A stretch of DNA of 64,000 nt, from NCBI GenBank assembly GCA_951406725.2, contig OX597838.1, positions 15,190,001-15,254,000 on the forward strand, read 5' to 3'. Each line of letters opens with the position of its first letter. Positions within the stretch are counted from its first letter, which is position 1. Under the pieces are notes generated by a model, which saw only the letters and a list, made by a program, of their open reading frames with translations, did no database searches and was not told the origin of the DNA. Shown in pieces: positions 1 to 10,652 of this stretch. The position numbers and the translations under genes were made by a program. The stretch comes from Octopus vulgaris. Taxonomy: Eukaryota.

Positions 1-333
1 GATGAGAACTCCAGTTGATGCGCTCTATGGAACAGCCTGCTCATGAAATTAACATGCAAGTGGTTGAGCACTACAGAAACACACATACCCTTAATGTAGT
101 TCTCAGCGAGATTCAGCATGACTCATTTTTGCCAGCTGAGTGGGCTGGACCAATGTGAAATAAAAAGTCTTGCTCAAAGGCACAATGTACTGCTGGAAAT
201 TGAACTCATGACCTTACAAACATGAGCCAGATACCTTAACCATTAAGCTATGCACCTTCACTGGAGGATTAATACAGGCACATACTCTGATACATATATG
301 TATCTCTCCCATTCTCTCTCTCTCTCTCTCTCT

Positions 334-379
<46 letters not shown>

Positions 380-615
380 CTTTACTTGTTTATATATGTA
401 TATTCTTTTACTTGTTTCAGTTATTTGGCTGTGACCATGCTGGAGCACCGCCTTTAGTCGAGTAAATCGACCCAAGGACATATTCTTTGTAAGCCTAGTA
501 CTTATTCTAGCGATTTCTTTTGCTGAACCGCTAAGTTACGGGTACGTAAACACACCAGCATCGGTTGTCAAGTGATGTTGGGGGTACAAACACAGGCACA
601 CAAACATATATACAC

Positions 616-680
<65 letters not shown>

Positions 681-1296
681 TACAATGGGCTTCTTTCAAT
701 TTCCGTCTACCAAATCCACTCACAAGTCTTTGGTTGGCCTGAGGCTATAGTAGAAGATACTTGCCCAAAAAATAAATATTGGGGTCGATTTATTTGATTA
801 AAAATTCTTCAAGGTGGTGCCCCAGCATGACCGCAGTATAATAACTGAAACAATATCAGATATATTTATATATACACAATTCAAATTGACAGGAAATAAA
901 AGGCGAAGACAGGTGAGGGAACAACAAGCAGGTGTATCTGTTTGACGCTCAGGAAGAATGGAAAAGTCTTTGATGTTTCGAGCCTATGCTCTTTGACAGA
1001 AAAGGATTGAGAGGAAAGAGGAGAGAGAATGAAAACAACAGAGAGAGTGAGAGAAAACATGTAGGGATTAATAGTTTAGTGTAGCAGAAGACACTTGTCC
1101 AAGGTGCCATGCAGTGGGACTGAACCAAGAACTATATATATAATATGGGTAGCTTATTAGCAATTTAACAGCCTAAAGGCAAATGTATAGATGTCACTAA
1201 AATGACAGAAGGTACAAAGTGATACCAACATTGCTAGAAATAAGAGTCAAAACTACTCATTAGCCACAAGAGCACTAATCTACAGTCGTAGACATA

Positions 1297-1354
1297 ACCA
1301 TATAACTAGTGATTTTGAATTTTGATGCAGGGCATCTTAATTCTCATCAGTGGC
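1297..1354 (-). ncRNA. Decayed type I hammerhead motif (GAAA mutated to AAAA)
   Basis: Minus strand: GCCA-CTGATGA-GAATT..GATGC CCT GCATC..AATTC-AAAA-TCACTAGTTA-TA-TGGT. Confidence 0.55.
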
Positions 1355-1459
1355 TCTTACTGCACCTAGGGTTAAGCTCAACTCACCTTAAGAAAAACCA
1401 TTGAAAATATGTGCTGATTTAAAAACGATAGAAGGGAAAGCTATAAATAATATGGGTGG

Positions 1460-1880
1460 CTCTCTTTTACTCTTTTACTTGTTTCAGTCATTTGACTGCG
1501 GCCATGCTGGAGCACCGCCTTTAGTCAAGCAACTCGACCCCGGGACTTATTCTTTTTGTAAGCCCAGTACTTATTCTATCGGTCTCTTTTTGCCGAACCA
1601 CTAAGTGACGGGGACCTAAACACACCAGCATCGGTTGTCAAGCAATGCTAGGGGAACAAACACAGACACACAAACAAACATACATACATATATACATATA
1701 TATATATACATATATACGACAGGCTTCTTTCAGTTTCCGTCTACCAAATCCACTCACAAGGCAATGGTCGGCCCAGGGCTATAGCAGAAGACACTTGCCC
1801 AAGATGCCACGCAGTGGGACTGAACCCGGAACCATGTGGTTGGTTAGCAAGCTACTTACCACACAACCACTCCTGCGTCT
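1460..1880 (-). mobile_element. SINE family A (about 420 bp: tRNA-like head, internal TA/TG microsatellite, AAAAGAGT tail)
   Basis: Head GGCGCAGGAGTGGCTGTGTGGTAAG...GGTTCAGTCCC (A/B-box-like). Other minus copies at about 405-770, 3760-4172, 21060-21485, 32825-33225, 33535-33910 and 35450-35852. Confidence 0.9.
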
Positions 1881-2106
1881 ATGATGCAATTTAATAACCT
1901 AAAGCCAAATTTATAGACATCACTATATATATATACAACAGGCTTCTTTCAGTTTCCATCTACCAAATCCACTCACAAGGCTTTGGTCAGCCCAAGGCTA
2001 TAGCAGAAAACACTCAAGGTTAAGTGGTACTGAACCCAGAACTCTGTGGTTGAGAAGAAAACTTCTTATTACACAGCTACACTAAACCATTAATCCCTAC
2101 ATGTTT

Positions 2107-2154
<48 letters not shown>

Positions 2155-2293
2155 GTTTTCATTCTCTCTCCTGTTTCCATTAATGAATATTCCAAGTTTT
2201 TGACACTGACAAGCTGCCCAATGTGTGAGCATGTGTGTGTGTGTGCATGTATGCATGTGTGTGTGTGTGAGTGTATGTGTGTGTGCATGTATG

Positions 2294-2328
<35 letters not shown>

Positions 2329-2534
2329 ATAAAGAAGGAACACAAATGAATTGAAGTTCACTATAGCTGTTCCAGATACATTTTTTGCTGATGAATAATC
2401 TGATTACATCATGAAAATTACCATAAAAACTTCAAAATTTGATTCAGGAAATACCAAGATATATAATATGGGTTGACCCTCCCATTTTGACAGGTCAGAG
2501 AGTCGTATGTATAAACTGGCCTTTCCCATTTCTA

Positions 2535-2585
<51 letters not shown>

Positions 2586-2587
<2 letters not shown>

Positions 2588-2721
2588 GGTATGTAGAAAA
2601 ATACAACATGGACAAGAACGTATAACTCTTAGAAGACGACACAATAAACACGGACAGGACATTCGAAACCCTCAGTCTTCAGTCAAGAACCGGATCATCG
2701 TAGTAATTTCGGCTGATTAAT

Positions 2722-2724
<3 letters not shown>
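2586..2724 (-). mobile_element. Truncated copy of the permuted-hammerhead repeat family, between (TA)n tracts
   Basis: Reverse complement aligns to about 17937-18075. Further partial copies lie at 18105-18242 (-) and 57384-57626. Confidence 0.8.
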
Positions 2725-2783
<59 letters not shown>

Positions 2784-2880
2784 TAGATAGATAGATATCT
2801 AAGACTCCATGAGTCAGGAAAAATTGCACTCGCATATCTGTCAGTAGAGTTAGTATATTAAACAAAGTGTACACTATTAT

Positions 2881-3096
2881 ATATCCATTGCAGCCAATCT
2901 TACCAGTTGGTTTTGCACTAGGGGTTCATCAGAGTGTTTAGGTAACAGCGAATTTATGTAACCTTACTCTCTACAGAGATGCTGTATTTCATGCCATAAC
3001 CACTACCTCTGAAGAGTGCAGGGTTACATAATTGGACTGTTACCTAACACCTTGTTGACCCCTAGTGCCAAACCATTTGGCATGATGAGCCATAAT

Positions 3097-3102
<6 letters not shown>
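2881..3102. repeat. Degenerate foldback / MITE (about 100-bp arms)
   Basis: GCACTAGGGGT / ACCCCTAGTGC, AGGTAACAG / CTGTTACCT and TTATGTAACC / GGTTACATAA pair in nested order. Confidence 0.75.
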
Positions 3103-3146
<44 letters not shown>

Positions 3147-3315
3147 GTGATATAACTAAACTATATATTGAATTCAAATTTTGACAGAAGGCTAGCAATT
3201 ACTAGGAGGGAGTGAGTCAGTTTTATTGACCCCAGTACTTGACTGGTACTTATTTTATCGACCCCCAAAATGATGAAAGGCAAAGTCAACCATAGCTGAA
3301 TTTGAAATCAGAACA

Positions 3316-3517
3316 TACAAGGGGACGCTGAAAAGCTCCTGGTTTTGGGTAAAAGCGGGAGGATCAGTTAATTATGATTTTATTCTCAGATTCACACACT
3401 TATTGCAGTGGTCCTTCAGTCTTTCTAAGCCCTATAAAAGAACTCAGAAGGTTGGGCCTCCAACCAGGCCTTTTGTGATACCCTTAGAACAAAGATCTTT
3501 TCAACATCCCCTCAGTA
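3316..3517. mobile_element. Mariner-derived MITE nested in a minus-strand SINE (about 3172-3582)
   Basis: Degenerate inverted ends tacaaggggacgctgaaaag / cttttcaacatcccctcagta. The host SINE is flanked by the direct repeat taactaaactatatattg. Confidence 0.6.
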
Positions 3518-4389
3518 ATGATGAACAAAATGTTACTAAGCATTTTGCCTGCCATGGTAATAATTCTACTAGCTTGCCACCTTAACTAAACTATATATTG
3601 ATAACCATAGCTGATAGTTAAGTACTTATTAACTCTTCAGAGTAGTTGATTGTATCGTTAAATAATGTATCTTTGCTGTCAGCCTTAATTATCAATCCTA
3701 CTTACACACTTTCATTCATTTCCATTCAACTTGTGTTATTTCAATGGTGTCTTTTGTTGCTCTTTACTCTTTACTCTTTTACTTGTTTCAGTCATTTGAC
3801 TGCGGCCATGCTGGAGCACCGCCTTCAGTCGAGCAAATCGACTCCAGGACTTATTCTTTGTAAGCCCAGTACTTATTCTATCGGTCTCTTTTGCTGAACT
3901 GCTAAGTAACGGGGACATAAACACACCAGCATCGGTTGTCAAGTAATGCTAGGGGGACAAACACAGACACACAAATATATATACATACATAGATAGATAT
4001 ACATACATATATACGACGGGCTTCTTTCAGTTTCCGTCTACCAAATCCACTCACAAGGCTTTGGTTGGCCCGAGGCTATAGTAGAAGACACTTGCCCAAG
4101 ATGCCGCGCAGTGGGACTGAACCCGGAACCATGTGGTTGGTAAGCAAGCTACTTACCACACAGCCACTCCTGCTGGTCAGTTTTAATTAATTATTGTGAA
4201 GGGTTTTAATTTGATTATCAGAAAGGTCTACAAGCTTCATTTCCAAATTAAGATTCATTTTAATTATCAGAGCAAGCAGAGCAAAGTCTATGTAGTTAAT
4301 CAACATGATCAAAATAGCTCGAAAGGAAAATGGTGCTTCAAAGACTAGATGATGGTCTGTAAGTGGTGGGTATATAACCGTATATAAAA

Positions 4390-4625
4390 GGCGGCGAGCT
4401 GGCAGAAATGTTAGCATGCCGGGCGAAATGCTCGGCGGTATTTCGTCTGCCGTTACGTTGTGAGTTCAAATTCCGCCGAGGTCGACTTTGCCTTTCATCC
4501 TTTCGGGGTCGATAAATTAAGTACCAGTTATGCACTGGGGGTCGATGTAATCGACTTAATACTTATGTCTGTCCTTGTTTGTCCTCTCTATGTTTAGACC
4601 CTTGTGGGTAGTAAAGAAACAGGTA
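4390..4625 (+). mobile_element. SINE family B (about 235 bp, tRNA-derived)
   Basis: A box TGGCAGAAATGTTAG, B box GAGTTCAAATTCC, central GCCTTTCATCCTTTCGGGGTCGATAAATTAAGTACCAG. Copies at about 14908-15140+, 25347-25582+, 27020-27190+, 42895-43095+ and 60237-60690-. Confidence 0.88.
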
Positions 4626-5360
4626 GAAACTGAAGCAGGTCCATTGTTTATATATATAAGAAGGTATGCGCAGGAGTGGCTGTGTGGTAAGTAGCTTGCT
4701 AACCAACCACATGCTTCCGGGTTCATCCCACTGTGTAGCACCTTGGGCAAGTGTCTTCTGCTATAGCCCCGGGCCAACCAATGCCTTGTGAGTGGATTTG
4801 GTAGACGGAAACTGAAAGAAGCCTGTCGTTTATATGTATATGTATGTGTGTGTGTGTTTGTGTGTCTGTGTTTGTCTCCCTAGCATTGCTTGACAACATT
4901 GGTGTGTTTACATCCCCGTCGCTTAGCGGTTCGGCATTGTGGGTAATAAAGAAATAGGTATATAACCGAATATGAACTCTAAAATTAGATTCCTTTTATG
5001 TCCAGGTGCAAATGTGGCTGTGGGGTAAGAAGCTGTGGGGTAAGAAGCTTGCTTTCCAGTCATCACCATTGTCCTTATCATTTAACATCCATTTTCCATA
5101 CTAGCATGGGTTGAACTGGGGCTGCCTGCAGGCATATACATATTAAATATTTCAATTACCTGAAGATTGACTGTAACCATAACTCGAATTATTAAGAATT
5201 GGACCACCATGAAACGATCGTAGTGTTTTACTCATTATCTTTTATTAAACTTTTAATACTTTTGATATATATTTAAAATAATATAAATTAATTAATTTTA
5301 TGTATTGGCTTAAGTTTTTCATTGTTTGATTTGCCTAATAGTGGTTTTATCTCTAATTTA

Positions 5361-5397
<37 letters not shown>

Positions 5398-5405
5398 TCA
5401 AAATA

Positions 5406-5608
5406 TGACCCCGTGTGTACCGTTGGCGATTTTTTTTTCCTCTGTCTTCCCTTCTCTGGATCTTTCCTTCTCCTATGTTTCCGACGAAGAGCTCCGCTCG
5501 AAACGTTAAACCCTCCTTCTTCCCTTCTTTCCTGAGCGTCCAATAATTCTATATTTGTTCCACGTCCTCACGTTATTGTGTTTTTTTTGTGTTTTCTTGT
5601 TTGGATTA

Positions 5609-5612
<4 letters not shown>
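5406..5612 (+). mobile_element. Penelope-like terminal repeat fragment with decayed minimal hammerhead (5477-5511); second copy at about 38328-38535
   Basis: GTTT-CCGACGA-AGAGC TCC GCTC-GAAA-CG-TT-AAAC. The copy at 38399-38433 reads GTTT-CTGACAA-AGAGC TCC GCTC-GAAA-CG-TA-AAAC. Both abut (TA)n. The Penelope assignment is inferred from the ribozyme type. Confidence 0.6.
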
Positions 5613-5651
<39 letters not shown>

Positions 5652-6365
5652 TGTGATCGTTGCCAGAGCGGCTAACTGGCTTCCGTGCTGGTGGCACATA
5701 AAAAGCACCATTTGAGCATGATCGTTACCAGCATCGCCTTACTGGCATGTGAAAAAACATTAGCGAGGTAGTTGCCAATGTCACTGGACTGGCTCCTGTG
5801 CAGGTGGCACATAAAAAACACCAATTTAGCATGGCCGTTGCCAGTACCACTTGACTGGCCCTCGTGACAGTGAGACATAAAAGCACCTGCTACACTGTTG
5901 GAGCGGTTGGCATTAGGAAGGGCATCCAGCTGTAGAAATTTTGCCAGATCAAGATTGGAGCTTGGTGCAGCCATCTGGTTCGCCAATCCTCAGTCAAATT
6001 GTCCAACCCATGTTAGCATGGAAAGCAGATGTTAAACGATGATGATGATGATGATGATGTGTGTGTGGTGAGGGCGCATGGTCTAGTTGTTAGAGTGCTG
6101 CTCTCATGATCTCGAGATTGTGGTTTCAATTCCTAGACCAGGTGGTGTGTTGTGTCCTTGAATAAAACACTTCATCTCAAGTTACTTTACAATCACTTCG
6201 ACACCTGACATGTAATACACTTGTGCACCTGTTCAGACAGCATCGATTTGACGGAGGGAGTGAGCTAATGTGTGGCACATACATTTGATCACTATAAATA
6301 AATCATTTGTACAGGTCGTTCGACAATAGCTAAACACTCATACGTTGTCTTCAACAGGAGAGTCC

Positions 6366-6438
<73 letters not shown>

Positions 6439-6744
6439 TGTTGTGCCTGGGGAGAGTCATTTTCTTTTTGTGCCTTATAATGTAACACACTCACTGGTAA
6501 AATTTCCACTTATTTCTTATTTTTATTATCCTAAAATTTTCGTTGCGTCTTGCAACCTTTTCAATAGTCTTGACTCTGCCCGTTAGGGTTAGGGCGTAAC
6601 AGACAGAGTCAAAACTATTGAAAAGGCTGCAAGACACAATGAAAATTTTAGGAAAATAAAAATAAGAAATAAGTGGAAATTTTACCAGTGAGTGTGTTAC
6701 ATTATAGGGGCACAAAAAGAAAATGACTCTCCCCAGACACAACA
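6439..6744. repeat. Foldback element (about 140-bp arms) with (TTAGGG)2 in the loop
   Basis: 6439-6580 is the reverse complement of 6601-6744 with scattered mismatches; TTAGGGTTAGGG at 6583-6594. Confidence 0.9.
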
Positions 6745-6804
6745 GAATATGCTTCAACACACGAACTCACATAAAGAATCTTGCAAACCAAATCCAAAAA
6801 TGAA

Positions 6805-6851
<47 letters not shown>

Positions 6852-7351
6852 CACCGATACTCGCGACAGGCTTCCACACAGTTTCCACTTACTAAATTCA
6901 CTTAGAAGGTATTAATTGATCTGGGCCTATACAAGACACTTGTCCAAAGTGCCGCACGGTAGACTTGAAACCGAAACCACGTGATTGCAAAGCGAGTTTC
7001 CTAACCACACAGCCATGTTAATGCCTACCCTGAAGACTTCTGCTCAATTATTTCAACTCTAGCACTTCGTTTGATATTTGTCTGACTTCAGACGATGACA
7101 AAAAGACAGTAAACTGAAATTTAAAGGGAGGTAACTGATACAGAACTAACACGGTATTAATCCCTCTTTCAAATTTTGTCACAAGGCCAGCAATTTCCGG
7201 GCGTTGGTTAATCGATTACATCGATCCCAGTGTTCAAATGGTACTTTGTTATCCGAAAGGATAAAAGCCAAAGTTAGTCTCAGTGAAATTTGAACTCAGA
7301 ACGGGAAAATGGACAAAATGCTATTAAGCATTCTGCCCAGAGTGCTAATGA

Positions 7352-7850
7352 TTATATAATAATGAAATTATTGTATACAGTGCTCAGATGCACCACAACT
7401 TGTCAGACAGTGCGTATAAAGTATATGCAGTAATGTAAAAATGTCCGGAAAGCGAACAATGTATGAGTCAGATACATGCTTGTGTGTGTATGGAGGGGAG
7501 AAAATCAGGTGTAGTGTTGGCAAATCTCAGAAAGCATGGAAGTTTTGAAGGATGCAGTGCTCCGACAACTAACAACTGATGCCGACAGTTTGTTCCAAGC
7601 TTCAGCAACTCTTAGCACGAAGAAATGTTTCCTAAAGTCATAGGAGCTGTGCTGTTTTCTGACTTTGTAAATATGCCCACGGATGTTAGACAGGTGGAGT
7701 TTGAAAAGGTGCTCAGAGTTATTGTTTGTAAGATGGTTGATAATTTTATGGGTGTCTGCCAAGTCAGCTGCCAAACGTCGGAGTTTCAATGTGTCCATGC
7801 CCAGGGAAGTAAGGCGTTCAGAATATGGCAAATGCCTTCCAACTTGTCGC
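7352..7850 (-). mobile_element. CR1-type LINE 3' fragment
   Basis: ORF2 C-terminus YSERLTSLGMDTLKLRRLAADL...RGHIYKV...RKHFFVLRVAEAWNKL, followed by a 3' UTR. Confidence 0.88.
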
Positions 7851-8557
7851 CTTATCATCATCATCATCATCGTTTAACGTCCGTTCTCCATGCTAGCATG
7901 GGTTGGACGGTTCAACCGGTGATCTGGGAAGCCAGAAGGCTGCACCAGGCTCCAGTCTTATCTGGCAGTGTTTCTACAGCTGTATGCCCTTCCTAACGCC
8001 AACCACTCCGTGAGTGTAGTGGGTGCTTTTTACGTGCCACCTGCACAGGTGCCAGGCGAGACTGGCAACGGCCACGGTCGGATTGGTGCATTTTACATGC
8101 CACCGGCACGGAAGCCAGTCGAGGCAGCGCTGGCATCGGCCACGATTCGGATAGTGCTTTTTACGTACCACCAGTCCAGGGGTCCTGGCAACTGCCGGGT
8201 ACCAGTCATAGGATTGGTTCAATTTCGATTCCGAATGTTTATAAACAGTAGTTTCAAATTTTGATGCAAGGCCAGAGGTCTGGGGGGATGAGGTAAGTTG
8301 GTTACATCGCCCCCAATGTTGAACTGCTACTTTATTTTATCAAACCTATATAAAGAATAAGTTAACCTCGTCAGAATTTGAACTCAGAACATGAAGGATG
8401 AAATGCTAAGTATTTTGTCTGGGATGCTCGCGATTCTTCTGGTTCGCCACCTTAAAATACTGTTTTAATACTGCAAGCATTTACTGTTTGGTGATTTTTT
8501 CTGTTGTTTTTTTTTTTGCACTGAAATGCTGATACACACACATACACACTCATACGT

Positions 8558-8568
8558 ACGTATGTATG

Positions 8569-8612
<44 letters not shown>

Positions 8613-8820
8613 TAGATAGATAGATAGATAGGTAGGTAGGTAGGTAGGTGGGTGGGTGGATGGATGGACGAACGGACGGACGGGCAGGTGGACGGACGGA
8701 CGGGCAGGTGGACGGACGGACGGACGGACAGACGGATGGGCAGGCGGGTGGACGGACGGGCGGGCGGGCGGACGGACAGACGGACGGACAGATGGGCAGG
8801 CAGGAGGCAGACAGACAGAT
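8558..8820. repeat. Compound tetranucleotide microsatellite
   Basis: Successive blocks of GATA, GACA, GATA, GGTA, GGTG, GGAT, GGAC, GGGC, GGCA and GACA. Confidence 0.9.
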
Positions 8821-9317
8821 ATTTTGTGTTATACTGTCCTCTACCATGCTCTGATACCACTAAGTCTTTTGCTCCCGTCACACACAAACCTCTCTAAACA
8901 CCTGGATTCAAGCTCAGCTTATGTCATCACACTCACAGCGAAGAGGTCCCTTTTCTTTTACAACTTACAAGATGACCTCACTAGTACTATTGTCATCAAA
9001 TATGCAACCATTAACTTCTGCAGAGGGGTTAAGGGATCAAGCAGAGACAACGTAATGAGATAGATGAGACATTGCAGTTTTCTAAGGAAAGGTAGTACTG
9101 GCATCGACCACACTCGAATGGTGCTTTTTATGTGGCACCGACATGGGGGCCAGTCAGGTGGCCACAACAATGACTTCTCTTACCTCAACATGTCTTCGCA
9201 AGTACAGTTTATTGCCCAATGATTGATGGGTACTCTTAAATGGGCTGGTTGTGCTGCACTGGCATAGGCCATGGTTACAGTCTCACTTGGCTTGCCAAAG
9301 CTGTCTGTTGTGTGTGC

Positions 9318-9358
<41 letters not shown>

Positions 9359-9419
9359 GTAGGATAATTTCTTTCTTTTTTTTTTTTCGAAGTATCTCAT
9401 TTATTTCTTTTGCCACATG

Positions 9420-9477
9420 TATCACTGATGAAGGGAGGGCTGTTATGAGCTAACCCTGAAATCGGTCCGATATGGTA
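9420..9477 (+). ncRNA. Minimal type I hammerhead ribozyme motif
   Basis: TATCA-CTGATGA-AGGG...CCCT-GAAA-TCG GTC CGA-TA-TGGTA: intact core, and stems I, II and III all pair. Confidence 0.7.
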
Positions 9478-9620
9478 ATAATGGAATTTTTTAGAAATTT
9501 CTGTCGACCTTTTTTCGAGTAGCGTGCGTATTGTGAAAAAATTATATGGTTAATGGACAATATGTCCAATTTTTCGGCATATTTGGCATTAGAAATTTTT
9601 TCGTTTGCCCTTATTAATGA

Positions 9621-9678
<58 letters not shown>

Positions 9679-9701
9679 CTGCCAACGGAATTCCTATTTT
9701 T

Positions 9702-9781
9702 TTCCTGAAGAGAAAGCCACAATATAGTATCCTTATTTAATCAGAATTTGGAAAATTGTGGCTTTTGAAACATGTGTAGAA
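9702..9781 (+). ncRNA. Minimal type I hammerhead ribozyme motif with 12-bp stem II
   Basis: TTC-CTGAAGA-GAAAGCCACAAT...ATTGTGGCTTTT-GAAA-CATGTG-TA-GAA: intact core and GUA cleavage triplet, but stem I is only 3 bp. Confidence 0.65.
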
Positions 9782-9838
9782 TGCAATAAAAGGAATTCTG
9801 TTCAATCTTCGTTCAACTCCATTTCTTCAATTCACTAA

Positions 9839-9931
<93 letters not shown>

Positions 9932-10274
9932 TTACACATGTGTGTGTGTGTGTGTGATGAAGTGTGACTACCCACTAAACTACACCTTCTAGCATAACAA
10001 TAAAATCAACATCGTCTGGTTGAGCTTGCTCAGTCATTTTTAACCCACACATGCGGGATGAGCTTCTGGGGTTAATGTGACTCATGGAATGTCTTTCAAC
10101 TGCCAATTTCTCATTTATGGTCATAGGTCATAGGTCATATAGACGATTGCAGTGTCAGTCAAACTGACAGGTTTCCTAAACCAAGATCCATAAAAGTGTC
10201 ATTTATTCTGCAAAGTAGGAAGAAATCCTAAGACAAGGTATTTTTTTATGTTTTGCATTTCATTCCCTAGTGGA

Positions 10275-10652
10275 TCGCAATGGCCCAGTGGTTAGGGCAG
10301 CGGACTCGCGGTCATGGGATCGCGGTTTCGATTCCCAGACCGGGCGTTGTGAGTGTTTATTGAGCGAAAACACCTAAAGCTCCATGAGGCTCCGGCAGGG
10401 GATGGTGGTGAACCCTGCTGTACTCTTTCACCACAACTTTCTCTCACTCTTACTGTCTGTTTCTGTTGTACCTGTATTTCAAAGGGCCGGCCTTGTCACT
10501 CTCTGTGTCACGCTGAATATTCCCCGAGAACTACGTTAAGGGTACATGTGTCTGTGGAGTGCTCAGCCACTTACACGTTAATTTCACGAGCAGGCTGTTC
10601 CGTTGATTCGGATCAACCGGAACCCTCGTCGTCGTAACCGACAGAGTGCTTC
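10275..10652 (+). mobile_element. SINE family C (tRNA-derived head, possibly octopus OR-type); second copy at 52190-52562
   Basis: A box TGGCCCAGTGGTTAGG, B box GGTTTCGATTCC. The family name is from recall, not from a search. Confidence 0.8.

Noticed and set aside
1645-1884. Recurrent similar ORFs ([15 protein letters not shown]..., AKETDRISTGLTKNKS...) suggesting a gene family
   Set aside because: They are translations of the non-coding SINE A in various frames and strands.
2385-2425. Further CTGANGA...GAAA hammerhead candidates (also about 52700-52740 minus, 54985-55040 and 59441-59820)
   Set aside because: Stems I or II do not pair, or GAAA is missing; they cannot be told apart from chance in AT-rich DNA.
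6583-6594. Telomere or chromosome fusion site
   Set aside because: Only two hexamers, in one orientation, inside a foldback element.
10275-10350. tRNA gene (also the heads of SINE A and SINE B)
   Set aside because: A and B boxes are present, but there is no convincing cloverleaf and the sequence runs on into multi-copy SINE bodies.
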